Positions 1-9,551 of a stretch of DNA of 64,000 bases are shown here, one piece after another; position 1 is the first letter of the stretch, and each line of letters opens with the position of its first letter. The notes beneath the pieces were generated by a model. It had not been told where the DNA came from. It was given only the letters and a program-made list of their open reading frames with translations, and searched no databases. The DNA is from Bacillota bacterium. GTDB lineage: Bacteria > Bacillota > Clostridia > Christensenellales > CAG-138. The stretch spans positions 1,852 to 65,851 of the forward strand of contig JAEWYO010000036.1 of the NCBI GenBank assembly GCA_023395595.1. The letters are read 5' to 3'. The position numbers and the translations under genes were made by a program.

Positions 1-1208
1 AAAAAACTTGCACCCTCAAAACCGCAACCCCGGAGCGGCTGCTTTCGCTTGCGGGCGAAAACTTCGCGGCGCTTGCACGCATGATCGACTACAACATCGC
101 AAATCACATCCCGCTGTTTCGCATCAGTTCGGACATCATCCCCTTTGGCTCCAGCCGCGCATCCGCGCTGCCTTGGGACAGTCTGCATGCCGATTCCCTC
201 GCCTCTATCGCACAAAAAATCAAGCAAAGTAACATGCGTGTTTCCATGCATCCCGGGCAATACACCGTGCTCAACTCGCCGGATGCCGATGTGGTGCGCC
301 GCGCAATCGAAGACCTCGCCTACCACGCGAAGTTTCTTGACCAGCTCTCGCTGAACAACACGCATAAAATCATCCTCCACGTCGGCGGAAAATACGGCGA
401 TGCTGCATCCGCACAGAAGCGTTTTAGCAGTGTCTATCGCGACCTGCCCGCATCGATCACCAAACGATTGATTCTGGAAAATGACGGCAGCATCTTCACG
501 ATTGCCGAAGTGCTGGAGCTGTGCCATACCATCGGTGCGCCGGCTGTTTACGACAATCTGCACAACACGATCCACCCCGCCGACGCAACGAAGAGCGACG
601 CATACTGGGTCGCCCTCTGCCGGGAGACCTGGCGCGAAACAGACGGCGCGCAAAAGACGCACTACTCCCAGCAACACCCGGAAAAGACGCGCGGCGCGCA
701 CTCCGACACCATCGCCATCGAGCCGTTTTTGGACTATTGTCACAGTCTGCCGGGTGAGTTGCCGGATATGATGCTGGAAGTGAAGGACAAGAATCGCTCG
801 GCGGTCAAATGCGTGCTCTGCATGATGGAGAAACCAAACCAGCGCCTGCTCGAAACCGAGTGGGGACGTTATAAATACAGCGTTTTAGAGCGCTCCCCTG
901 CCGACTATCAGGCGCTGCGCGAGCTGCTCAAAGACAAAACGGGCAACCATGCGCTGGCATTCTACCAGAGCGTGGAGCACGCACTCACGCTACCGGAGGA
1001 CAAAGGACGCGCGCTCAACGCGCTGGAGCACGTTTGGGGGTATTTTTCCGATTGTGCGACTCCGGCCGAGGTACGAACTTATCAATCACTCCGGGACGGC
1101 TATCTGCGCGGAGATCACCCGCTGGAGAAAGTTAAGTGCCTGCTCTACCGGCTCTCGCAAACCTATCGCCAAGACTATTTGCTCGGTTCCTATTACTTCA
1201 CACTCTAA
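1..1208 (+). CDS. uvdE: UV damage endonuclease UvdE, 5' end truncated by the window edge
   Basis: The frame is open from position 3 with no upstream stop. The product (NIANHIPLFRISSDIIPFGS, MRVSMHPGQYTVLNSP, IILHVGG) matches my memory of the UvdE/UVDE family. Confidence 0.85.
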   Translation, partial: KTCTLKTATPERLLSLAGENFAALARMIDYNIANHIPLFRISSDIIPFGSSRASALPWDSLHADSLASIAQKIKQSNMRVSMHPGQYTVLNSPDADVVRRAIEDLAYHAKFLDQLSLNNTHKIILHVGGKYGDAASAQKRFSSVYRDLPASITKRLILENDGSIFTIAEVLELCHTIGAPAVYDNLHNTIHPADATKSDAYWVALCRETWRETDGAQKTHYSQQHPEKTRGAHSDTIAIEPFLDYCHSLPGELPDMMLEVKDKNRSAVKCVLCMMEKPNQRLLETEWGRYKYSVLERSPADYQALRELLKDKTGNHALAFYQSVEHALTLPEDKGRALNALEHVWGYFSDCATPAEVRTYQSLRDGYLRGDHPLEKVKCLLYRLSQTYRQDYLLGSYYFTL

Positions 1209-1247
1209 ATCAGAACACTCAAAATAACGAAAGGGAGGCTTACTAAA

Positions 1248-2054
1248 ATGGAAAACAAAACTGTATCGAAGGCATTGAAGTGGTTCGTTCTGCTCGCACT
1301 GCTTGCCATGCTCACCGTCAACGCACTCTCCTCCATTCTGCCGATCAACGGGGTCACACCCAAAGAAGTCTCCGACCGGTACCCGAATCTGTTCGTTCCC
1401 GCGCCGCTGACGTTTGCCATCTGGGGCGTGATTTACATTCTCGTGATTGCGTACACCCTCTACCAATTCGGCGTGTTTCGAGGCAAAGGCGAGGCGGTCA
1501 ACACAACGCTGCTCAACCGCACAGGCATCGTTTTCATCGTCTCTTCCGTACTCAATCTGAGTTGGGTGATCGCCTGGCACTATGGATTGCTCACGCTCTC
1601 GTTCATCCTGCTTGCGCTGTTTTTAATCGCAATGATCGACATCCGGCTGATCATCCATGCGCAGGAGCCGCTCTCCACCAAGGATAAATGGTTCGTGCGG
1701 CTGCCGTTCTCGGTCTATTTCGGCTGGGTCACGGTCGCAACCATTGCGGGAGCCACCGCGTTGCTGGTTGGCAACGGCTTTGGCGGGCTTGGCATCAGCG
1801 AACCCGTTTGGACGATGCTTATCCTGCTCGTCGGCGCAGCAATCGGGATTGCTACCGCGCTGAAGTTCCGCGATATCCCGTATCTGCTGGTGTTCATTTG
1901 GGCGTACTCCAATATCCTCGTGAACCATCTTTCGCCGACCGGATTTGGGGGAATGTATACGGGCGTCATTGCGACGCTTGGGCTCTGCCTTGCCGCGTTT
2001 GTCGCGGTCATCGCGGCGCTCGCCGTCAAGAAAGTACAGCTTTCGCGAAAATAA
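1248..2054 (+). CDS. Trp-rich polytopic membrane protein, TspO/MBR-like
   Basis: ATG follows GGGAGG by 8 nt. The product has multiple hydrophobic helices and TspO-like segments (PAPLTFAIWGVIYILV, LNLSWVIAWHY, FSVYFGWVTVATIA). It is longer than classical TspO. Confidence 0.5.
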   Translation: MENKTVSKALKWFVLLALLAMLTVNALSSILPINGVTPKEVSDRYPNLFVPAPLTFAIWGVIYILVIAYTLYQFGVFRGKGEAVNTTLLNRTGIVFIVSSVLNLSWVIAWHYGLLTLSFILLALFLIAMIDIRLIIHAQEPLSTKDKWFVRLPFSVYFGWVTVATIAGATALLVGNGFGGLGISEPVWTMLILLVGAAIGIATALKFRDIPYLLVFIWAYSNILVNHLSPTGFGGMYTGVIATLGLCLAAFVAVIAALAVKKVQLSRK

Positions 2055-2109
2055 CCCCCGCGATATCCAATCAGCAATCTAAATAAAATCAATATAATTG
2101 GCAGGTACT

Positions 2110-3969
2110 ATGTTTCAGAAAGAGATTCGTTATGATTCTGTGATCATCGGCGGCGGGCTCTCCGGCTTAACAGCGGCGAGCCTGCTCGCCAAAAGAGGGC
2201 TCCGCGTTGCCGTCGTGGACAAAAGCGACCAACCCGGCGGCTCCTGCGGCATCTTCCGGCGCGGGGAAACCACCTTCGACCAGGGCTCGGCGATGCTCTA
2301 TGGCTTTGGCGAGCGGGGCTTTAACGCGCACCGGTTCGTGATGAACGCTCTGGAGGAACCCATCGACATGCTCAAACATGAGCTGCTGTATGTGGTCAAC
2401 TATGAAGGGCAGCGCGTACGCTTTTATGCGGATGTCGAGCGCTTTGCCGAGGAGCTTGCCCGCGTGTTCCCCACGCAGGAGCAGCAGATCAAGCGCTTTT
2501 ATCGCGACATGACCCAGCTCTATCAGCACATCATGGTCGAGCGTCCGAGCTATACCACCGCCGACGAAACCGACCCGAAGGACGGGCTTAGCGGCATCCT
2601 CCGGCACCCGATTTCGTACACCCGTTTCTTAAGCTATCTCAACCGGAGCGCGAAATCTCTCCTGCAGCAGTATTTTACCGATCCTGCGATCTATCACTTT
2701 TTTGACAAGCTTACCTCAACCTATTGCTATGCAACGGTGGAGGAAGCGCCTGCCGTGCTCGCCGCGGTCATGTTTGTAGACAACCACACAGGCGGCAGCT
2801 GGTATCCCGCCGGGTCCACGCTGTTCTTACCCGGAAAACTGGAGAAATCCATTGAGGAACACGGCGGAGACATGTACCTCGGACAAGAAGCCGTGTCGAT
2901 CCTCTTTGACGCGGAGAAACCCTCCGGCGTGCTGCTGGACGACTCAACGAGGTTGATGGCGGATGAGATCGTCTATTCCGGCACGGTCTGGAACCTCTAC
3001 GGCAAACTGCTGGACGAAGCACACACCACGCCAAAGAAGCGCGCCTGGGCAAAAAGCCTCGTGCCGACGTATCCCAGCGTCGTGCTCTACTCCGAGGTGG
3101 ATCGCGCCGTGATTCCGGCGGACACCGCGCCCGTGGAGATGCTGGTCGGCAATCCGGAGCACATCGACGAAAGCGAAGTCACCGCATACATCTTCAGCAT
3201 CGACGATCGTTCCCTCTGCGCGGAGGATGTGCACGCCGTGATGGCAATCGGGCCAACGTTTCAAGATTGGGTTTCTGCCGATGAGGAAACCTATCTGCGC
3301 CTGAAGGAGGCGGAAAGGGAACGCCTAATTGCGGTTCTGGAGCGCAGATTCCCCGGTTTTTCTTCCGCAGTGCGGTATGCCGAGGTATCGACCCCGCGCA
3401 GCATCGAGCGCTACACGATGAAAAACGGCGGCGCGGTGGCAGGACCCAAGCAGATGCTGGGGCAGCATATGTTCCGCCGCCTGCACACGAAGAGCGAACG
3501 GGACAGCCTCTATTTCTGCGGCGAATCGACCGTCATGGGCACCGGCACGCCGACCGTAACCACAAGCGGGCTCTCCGCCGCGAACGCAATCCTCAAGAAA
3601 CGCGGTCTTGCGCCGTTCGTCTACGACAAGGATCAGAAAAACTACGTGCGTCAACTCCCTGTGCCATTTACGGCGGATCAGCTTTATGCCGACGAGCCGG
3701 AACCGGCCAGAAGCATCATGCAAGCCGCCATGCGCTGCCGCTTTTGCGAGCATCCCTCCTGCTGCGGCAAGGATGGCGCGGATATCCCCGGCATCCTGCG
3801 GCGCGTCGCAGTCGGAAATTTTACGGGTGCGAGAAAGTGCTTCTTGGCGCATCCGGCGGACGAGAAAACACTTCGGGACTATGAAACCAGCTGCATCCGC
3901 ACCGCCGAAGGCGGCGAAGGGGTTGCCATCTTGCGCGTGATCCGCGCGCTCACGGAGGAACAGGCATGA
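2110..3969 (+). CDS. FAD-dependent oxidoreductase of the phytoene desaturase (CrtI/CrtN) family with a C-terminal Cys-rich extension
   Basis: Rossmann dinucleotide motif VIIGGGLSGLTAA. CrtI-type motifs are present (GGSWYPAGSTLFLPGKL..HGG; FCGESTVMGTGTPTVTTSG). The extra C-terminal ~120 aa contain RCRFCEHPSCC. The start is uncertain: ATG 2110 or TTG 2098. Confidence 0.75.
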   Translation: MFQKEIRYDSVIIGGGLSGLTAASLLAKRGLRVAVVDKSDQPGGSCGIFRRGETTFDQGSAMLYGFGERGFNAHRFVMNALEEPIDMLKHELLYVVNYEGQRVRFYADVERFAEELARVFPTQEQQIKRFYRDMTQLYQHIMVERPSYTTADETDPKDGLSGILRHPISYTRFLSYLNRSAKSLLQQYFTDPAIYHFFDKLTSTYCYATVEEAPAVLAAVMFVDNHTGGSWYPAGSTLFLPGKLEKSIEEHGGDMYLGQEAVSILFDAEKPSGVLLDDSTRLMADEIVYSGTVWNLYGKLLDEAHTTPKKRAWAKSLVPTYPSVVLYSEVDRAVIPADTAPVEMLVGNPEHIDESEVTAYIFSIDDRSLCAEDVHAVMAIGPTFQDWVSADEETYLRLKEAERERLIAVLERRFPGFSSAVRYAEVSTPRSIERYTMKNGGAVAGPKQMLGQHMFRRLHTKSERDSLYFCGESTVMGTGTPTVTTSGLSAANAILKKRGLAPFVYDKDQKNYVRQLPVPFTADQLYADEPEPARSIMQAAMRCRFCEHPSCCGKDGADIPGILRRVAVGNFTGARKCFLAHPADEKTLRDYETSCIRTAEGGEGVAILRVIRALTEEQA

Positions 3970-5555
3970 ACCATACGGTAGACGTGCTCGTCGTCGGCGC
4001 GGGTGCCGCCGGGCTAACCGCCGCCGCATATTGCGCCAAAGCGGGACTGAACACGCTCGTTTGCGAACGCGCGGAGAAGGTTGGCGGCTTGGTCGGTACA
4101 TTCACGCACGAAGGGTTTGCGTTTGACGCGGGCATTCGCGCATTTGAAGACTCCGGTGTGATCTCGCCGATGCTCCGCTCGCTTGGCATCTCGCTCGAAC
4201 TCGTGAAAAACCCCGTCACGGTGGGAATTGCGCAGCGAAACGTGCGCCTTGTTGGCGAAGAGAGCCTTACTCCTTATGCCGATCTTTACAAATCGTTCTT
4301 TCCCGAGGAGCGCGCCGCCATTGATGCGATTCTGCTCGAAATCGTCAAAGTCATGCGCTATATGGACGTGCTCTACGGAATCGAGAACCCGTTGTTTCTG
4401 GAAAGCGAGCTTCGTGACCCGCAGTATCTGACCCGTACGCTGTTGCCATGGCTGCTCAAATACTCCGTCAACATCAAGAAAGCGAGCCGCCTCAGCCAGC
4501 CCGTGGAGCAGTATCTGCGGCGGTTTACGCAGAACGGTGCGCTGATCGATATGATCTGTCAGCACTTCTTTGCCGAAACGCCGACGTTCTTTGCGCTGAG
4601 TTATTTCGGGTTGTATCTGGACTATCGCTATCCCGTCGGCGGCACAGGCGTGCTGCCGGAGAAGCTTTCGGAGGCGATCCGCGCACACGGCGGCGAGATT
4701 GCAACCTGCACCGAGGTTGTTTCGCTCGACTCTGCCAAGCACACCGCCGCGCTTGCAGACGGAAGCACGGTGCACTACCGCCAGCTCATTTGGGCGGGCG
4801 ACCAGACCGCGTTTTACCGCGCGCTGGGCGAAAATTTGCCAAAGCGCATCGCCGAAAAAAAAACCGTCGCGCAGCGCAGCCACGGCATGGATTCGATCCT
4901 CACGCTCTTTCTCGGCACATCGATTACGCCGGAGGAAGCGCAGGAAACCTGCGGCACACACGCGTTCTACACGCCGGACACGGCGGGACTTTCGTCGCTT
5001 CCCGAATGGCGCACGGCCGCCGGGCAGGGTATCGACGCGCTGAAACGCTGGGTGGTTGCGTATCTGGAGAAGACGACCTATGAAGTCTCTATCCCCGTGC
5101 TGCGGGATGCTTCCCTTGCGCCGGATGGCAAGACGGGATGGATCATCAGCACGCTGTTTGACTATGACCTGACTCGGCATTTTTCCGATGCGGGCGCTTA
5201 TCAGCCGCTCAAAGATTTGGCGCAGGAGACGATTCTTCGCGTGCTCAGTGGTTCCCTCCTCCCGCATCTTAGCGAACGCACCGAGTTTGCGCTGTGCGCC
5301 ACGCCGATGACCATCGAGCATGAGACAGGCGCGCGGCACGGAGCGATCACCGGCTGGGCACACACCAACCAGCCGATTCCCACCGTACACGAATTCAGCG
5401 CGATTAAAAAGGCGATTGAAACGGGCATTCCCGACGTGCTGCAATGCGGCATGTGGACATTCAGCCCTGCCGGTCTGCCGGTTTCGATCATCACCGGCAA
5501 GCTCGCCGCCGATCAGGCGATCCAGCGATTGCGCAAACGGAAAGGGCAGCCATGA
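3966..5555 (+). CDS. FAD-dependent oxidoreductase, phytoene desaturase (CrtI/CrtN/CrtP) family
   Basis: ATGA overlap with the upstream stop, and GGAGG lies 7 nt upstream. Motifs VLVVGAGAAGLTAAAY and YRYPVGGTGVLPEKL..HGG are present. Confidence 0.75.
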   Translation: MNHTVDVLVVGAGAAGLTAAAYCAKAGLNTLVCERAEKVGGLVGTFTHEGFAFDAGIRAFEDSGVISPMLRSLGISLELVKNPVTVGIAQRNVRLVGEESLTPYADLYKSFFPEERAAIDAILLEIVKVMRYMDVLYGIENPLFLESELRDPQYLTRTLLPWLLKYSVNIKKASRLSQPVEQYLRRFTQNGALIDMICQHFFAETPTFFALSYFGLYLDYRYPVGGTGVLPEKLSEAIRAHGGEIATCTEVVSLDSAKHTAALADGSTVHYRQLIWAGDQTAFYRALGENLPKRIAEKKTVAQRSHGMDSILTLFLGTSITPEEAQETCGTHAFYTPDTAGLSSLPEWRTAAGQGIDALKRWVVAYLEKTTYEVSIPVLRDASLAPDGKTGWIISTLFDYDLTRHFSDAGAYQPLKDLAQETILRVLSGSLLPHLSERTEFALCATPMTIEHETGARHGAITGWAHTNQPIPTVHEFSAIKKAIETGIPDVLQCGMWTFSPAGLPVSIITGKLAADQAIQRLRKRKGQP

Positions 5556-6646
5556 TTCGTTTTTGGGTGGATCTGGTCGTTTTGCTGCTCGGCTACGGCG
5601 CGGCGGCGCTGTTGTATTTTCGCATTCCGTTTTTACCGCGCGGGCAGGTTCAGCCGGCGATGCGCCTGAGCGTTATCATCCCCGCACGGAACGAAGAACA
5701 AACCCTGCCGCTTCTGCTGGGCGACCTGCAGCAGCAGACGATTCAGCCGCATGAGATCCTCGTCGTCAACGACGAAAGCACGGACGAGACAGCGGCCATC
5801 GCGCGCTCGTTTGGTGTGCGCGTGCTCTCTTTAAACAGTAACCCCTCCGGTTGGGTCGGCAAGAGCTGGGCTTGTCAGGCGGGCGCAGGCGCGGCAACGG
5901 GCGATTGCCTCGTATTTCTGGATGCGGATGTGCGCCTTGCTCCCGACGGTCTGCACCGGATTGCCTGCGCACAGGCGGAGCACGGCGTGGTCTCCGTTCA
6001 ACCATATCATGCGACCGAACGCTGGTTTGAGCAATGCGCGCTGATCTTCAACCTTGTGCAAATCGGCGCAAACGGCTCTGCCCTGCCCCGTCCGGTTAAC
6101 CTCGGTTTGTTTGGGCCGGTCATCGCGCTCTCCCGCGCGGACTATGCAGCAATTGGTGGGCACACCGGCGTAAAAAGCGCGGTGGTGGAGGATATGGCGC
6201 TCGCGGACAGCCTGCGCCGCGCGCAAATTCCTTTTCGCATCTTTATGGGCGATAGCGGTGTGCGGTTTCGGATGTACCCGGGCGGCTTCGTCTCGCTCTG
6301 GCAGGGATTTACGAAAAACCTTGCAACAGGTGCCGCGAAAACGCCGATCGGGCTTTTTCTGCTGGTGACGCTGTTCATCGCGTCGATCACCTCCGCGCCG
6401 CTCAACCTCGTCGAAACACTGCTCATCGGCAGCCCGCGCGTGCTCTTGTATGCGGCGCTGTATACGCTTTGGGTCGTTGTACTGGGGCGCGTCGCGCGGC
6501 GCATCGGCCGGTTTCGACCACTTGCAGTGCTGTTCTACCCCCTTGCGCTGCTCGTGTTCTTCGCCGTGTTTGTCAACTCGGTTGCCATTCGCCTGCTCCG
6601 GCGAAAAGTGATTTGGAAAGGACGAGCCATCGAGCTCGAACGCTGA
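5552..6646 (+). CDS. Family 2 glycosyltransferase, CrtQ-like, membrane associated
   Basis: ATGA overlap with the upstream stop. There is an N-terminal TM helix followed by the GT2 signature LSVIIPARNEEQTLPLLL..VVNDESTDET and DADV. C-terminal TM helices are present. The longer ORF-track start (5444) overlaps the previous gene. Confidence 0.75.
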   Translation: MIRFWVDLVVLLLGYGAAALLYFRIPFLPRGQVQPAMRLSVIIPARNEEQTLPLLLGDLQQQTIQPHEILVVNDESTDETAAIARSFGVRVLSLNSNPSGWVGKSWACQAGAGAATGDCLVFLDADVRLAPDGLHRIACAQAEHGVVSVQPYHATERWFEQCALIFNLVQIGANGSALPRPVNLGLFGPVIALSRADYAAIGGHTGVKSAVVEDMALADSLRRAQIPFRIFMGDSGVRFRMYPGGFVSLWQGFTKNLATGAAKTPIGLFLLVTLFIASITSAPLNLVETLLIGSPRVLLYAALYTLWVVVLGRVARRIGRFRPLAVLFYPLALLVFFAVFVNSVAIRLLRRKVIWKGRAIELER

Positions 6647-6649
6647 TTC

Positions 6650-7150
6650 ATGCAGATTTTCTTCTTGTCTACGCCCGTTACGATTCTCCTGTTTTTCGCA
6701 ATCTGGGGCATCGTGCCGCTGTTGCTGGCGTATCTGTGTCTGCAAATCCCCGACCGGTTCTTTGAACCCACGCGTTTTCTCTGGCGCACGCACGGCTTTG
6801 AGCAAAATGGCCGCCTCTATGAGAAAGTATTTCACATCCGCAGCTGGAAACATCTTTTGCCGGATGGCGGAGGCGTTTGGAAAAAACGCAGTTACAAAAA
6901 GAAAAATCTAACAGACTATTCGGAAGCAAATCTGCATCGGTTTTTGATCGAAACTTCGCGCGGGGAACTGGTGCATTGGCTCGGTATCCTGCCGTTTTGG
7001 GTATTTGGGCTGTTTGCGCCGCCAGCGGTGATCTGGATCATGCTGCTCTACGCGCTGGTGGTCAACGTTCCCTGCATCATCGCCCAGCGCTACAACCGCC
7101 CGCGCGTCTTTGCGCTCTACAGACGCTTGTACGCAAAGAAAGCAAGTTGA
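6650..7150 (+). CDS. crtO: Glycosyl-4,4'-diaponeurosporenoate acyltransferase-like protein (CrtO family)
   Basis: The 166-aa membrane protein aligns by eye with my memory of S. aureus CrtO: SWKHLLPDGG vs KWKHKILDGH, ETSRGELVHW vs ETKRAELIHW, and AQRYNRPRV vs VQRYNRPRL. Confidence 0.65.
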   Translation: MQIFFLSTPVTILLFFAIWGIVPLLLAYLCLQIPDRFFEPTRFLWRTHGFEQNGRLYEKVFHIRSWKHLLPDGGGVWKKRSYKKKNLTDYSEANLHRFLIETSRGELVHWLGILPFWVFGLFAPPAVIWIMLLYALVVNVPCIIAQRYNRPRVFALYRRLYAKKAS

Positions 7151-7166
7151 GCTTCTCGCGTGTAAT

Positions 7167-7194
7167 AAGCCCGCCGTTTGATTCCGGCGGGCTT
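7167..7194. terminator. Hairpin between convergent genes (bidirectional terminator candidate)
   Basis: AAGCCCGCCG-tttgattc-CGGCGGGCTT forms a perfect 10-bp stem followed by a T-rich tract. Confidence 0.6.
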
Positions 7195-7226
7195 TGTGCT
7201 GTTTACTTGTCTATCTTTGGGTTCGC

Positions 7227-8231
7227 TTAATCAATACTGCCCGTGTTGGCTAGTTCAAGAAACACCTCAACCCAGCCGGGGTCGAATTGCGTTCCCGCGT
7301 TTCGTTTGATTTCATCCACGCATTGTTCAAACGACAGCGCGTCGCGATACGGGCGGCAGGAGCGCATCGCGTCATATGTGTCCGCAATAGCGATCACCCG
7401 TGCGCCGTCGGGAATCTCCTCGCCACCCCGTCCGTCGGGATAACCCTTGCCGTCATATCGCTCGTGATGATGCCGGATAATCGGCCAGATGCGGCTGCCA
7501 GGATCGAGCGGGCGGATGATGTCCGCGGCCAGAGCGCTGTGCTGTTTGATGGATTCATATTCCTCGCTGGTGAGTTTACCCGGCTTTCGCACGATGGAAT
7601 CGGGGATGCAAATCTTCCCGATGTCGTGGAGCTTTGCCGCCCACTGTACATCCAGCAGTCGCTCGTTGATGCCGTTTCGCTCTTCATAGAGCTTGCAAGC
7701 AATTTCGCAAACCCGCTTGCTGTGTCCGTTTGTGTAGAGATCCCGCGCCTCCAGAAGGTTGGAAAGCATCTCCATGCTGGTCATCATCAGGCCGTGATAT
7801 TGTTCCTTGAGCGTGTCGTGTGCAATCTCCTGCGCGCGCTGATAGGCGGCCTTTGCCTCCTCCGCCTTCCTGCGCTCGGTGATGTCCCGCGAGGTGACAG
7901 TCACGCCCTGCAGCGTATGCGCCTCGTCAAACACAGGCGCATAGGTGTTTTCATAATATTTGTCGTTGACAGCATCCGTCACCATGCGGCTGATGGTGTT
8001 GCCTTCGTGCGTCTTGAGATAGCCGAGCGCGCGGTTGACCTTCTCTTTGGAGTCCTCCTTGTGGCAGTCCAGCATGCTGTGCCCAAGCAGGTTTTCGCGC
8101 TTCACATTCCGAATTCTCTCCGCCGCGTCGTTGACGAATACAATCGTACCCTGCGCATCCGAGAGGATGATGCCATCCTGCGTTTGCGACAAAACCAACC
8201 TGTATAGATTGTCCAGCCATTCGTGTTCCAT
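7227..8231 (-). CDS. PAS sensor domain / HD-GYP domain protein (putative c-di-GMP phosphodiesterase)
   Basis: GGAGG lies 7 nt upstream of the ATG. The N-terminal region is PAS-like (GIILSDAQGTIVFVNDAAERI). HD-GYP signatures are present (KLHDIGK; HHHERYDGKGYPDG). Confidence 0.85.
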   Translation of the reverse strand: MEHEWLDNLYRLVLSQTQDGIILSDAQGTIVFVNDAAERIRNVKRENLLGHSMLDCHKEDSKEKVNRALGYLKTHEGNTISRMVTDAVNDKYYENTYAPVFDEAHTLQGVTVTSRDITERRKAEEAKAAYQRAQEIAHDTLKEQYHGLMMTSMEMLSNLLEARDLYTNGHSKRVCEIACKLYEERNGINERLLDVQWAAKLHDIGKICIPDSIVRKPGKLTSEEYESIKQHSALAADIIRPLDPGSRIWPIIRHHHERYDGKGYPDGRGGEEIPDGARVIAIADTYDAMRSCRPYRDALSFEQCVDEIKRNAGTQFDPGWVEVFLELANTGSID

Positions 8232-8439
8232 ACATAGCCTCCGCCTATGGTGTAGCAGTAAGAAACATCGAGAAATGTTCAGAAATGCATGAAACGGCGC
8301 AAGAACCGTTACAAATACACTATAGTTTTATCGAATCACATTTGCAATAGAAAATGACATTTTCGTACAAAAACATCTTGTTTTGGTTTTTCTTGCACGC
8401 TACCACACATGATTTTTGTTTGTTGATTTTTGATTTGGC

Positions 8440-8482
8440 GAGAGAAAACAGCGGAGCGCCCATCCCAAGGCACTCCGCCGTT
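8440..8482 (-). terminator. Putative rho-independent terminator downstream of degV
   Basis: On the minus strand, the GCGGAGTGCC...GGCGCTCCGC hairpin is followed by TGTTTTCTC. Confidence 0.45.
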
Positions 8483-8534
8483 TGTTGCGTGAACCAAACT
8501 CAATTGAGAAAAATTGTTAAAAAAGCAACACTTC

Positions 8535-9401
8535 TTAGAAGAAAAACAACCCGATGGCGCCGGGGCCAACGTGGGACGATGTGCAGGGTTCAAAGACGCT
8601 GACCGAGACATCGACATCCGGATAGCGCTCTACGATGTCCGCCGCAAGCAGATGCGCCTCGTCCTCGCATCCTGTATGCGTGATGCCAACAAATCGATTC
8701 TCCTCAGCTGCCACATGCAGTTGCACAAACTGCTCCAGAAGGGTCTTGATCGCTTTTTTGCGTCCGAGAATCTTCAGATCGAGCACGAGCTTGCCTTCCT
8801 CGTCGCCTTTCAGGATCGGTTTGAGGTGCACGATGCTCCCCGCAAGCGCCGCGCTGCCGGAGATGCGCCCGCCGCGCTTGAGGAAATTCAGGTCGTCCAC
8901 CATGATGTAGGAGTGGATTTCGTGGCTCCTGCGCTCGGCATGCGCCGCCGCCTGCTCCGCGCTTGCGCCGCCGTCACGAAGTTTGACCACCTCGCGCAGA
9001 ATCATACCTTCGCCGATGACGGCGGAGAGCGTATCCACAACCAGAACCTTGCGCTCCGGATACTTCTTTTGCAGGATTTCCGCGGCGATCTTTCCCGCGC
9101 CGCAGGTACCGCTGATTCCGCCGGACATGCCGAGATACAGCACGTCTTCCCCGGCGAGAAGCCGCGGCTCAAACGCGCTCAAAAAAGCGGATGTGTTGAC
9201 CATCGATGTTTTCATCACCAGCGTGCTGTCCTCGCGCATACGCTTGAAGAACGCCTCGCTGTCAAACACCACGCCCGGCTGATAACAGACCACTTCCTCC
9301 TCGTTGAGAGAGAGCGTCAGGGAAACGACCTCTACGCGGCTTGCCGTGTATTCCGCTTCGGTCAGGTTTGCAGTAGAATCGGTAAAAAGTGCGAATGACA
9401 T
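8535..9401 (-). CDS. DegV family fatty-acid-binding protein
   Basis: The product begins MSFALFTDSTANL and shows DegV-like length and motifs. ATG 9401 has GAGGTG 9 nt upstream. The ORF-track start 9413 is a GTG. Confidence 0.85.
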   Translation of the reverse strand: MSFALFTDSTANLTEAEYTASRVEVVSLTLSLNEEEVVCYQPGVVFDSEAFFKRMREDSTLVMKTSMVNTSAFLSAFEPRLLAGEDVLYLGMSGGISGTCGAGKIAAEILQKKYPERKVLVVDTLSAVIGEGMILREVVKLRDGGASAEQAAAHAERRSHEIHSYIMVDDLNFLKRGGRISGSAALAGSIVHLKPILKGDEEGKLVLDLKILGRKKAIKTLLEQFVQLHVAAEENRFVGITHTGCEDEAHLLAADIVERYPDVDVSVSVFEPCTSSHVGPGAIGLFFF

Positions 9402-9551
9402 TGTATGTTGCACCTCGTTTGCTAGTTTGTTATACTATATTAACCGATTGTGTTAATTATGTAAAGAGGTATTCCGAAACTTACCACTTCCCATTCCGCG
9501 CGTGAACGGATATAATAACAGTCAGATTCCAGCGAAAGGAGCCAAAGAACC

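Noticed and set aside
4014-5444. A 476-aa minus-strand ORF opposite the second CrtI-family gene.
   Set aside because: The product is Arg/Ala/Gly-rich and low in complexity, with no motifs and no RBS. It fully overlaps a gene with clear family signatures. This is a typical shadow ORF of GC-rich DNA.
8514-9398. A 294-aa plus-strand ORF opposite degV, and a 209-aa minus-strand ORF (53946-54575) opposite corA.
   Set aside because: Both are antisense to well-supported genes, and neither has an RBS or a recognisable domain.
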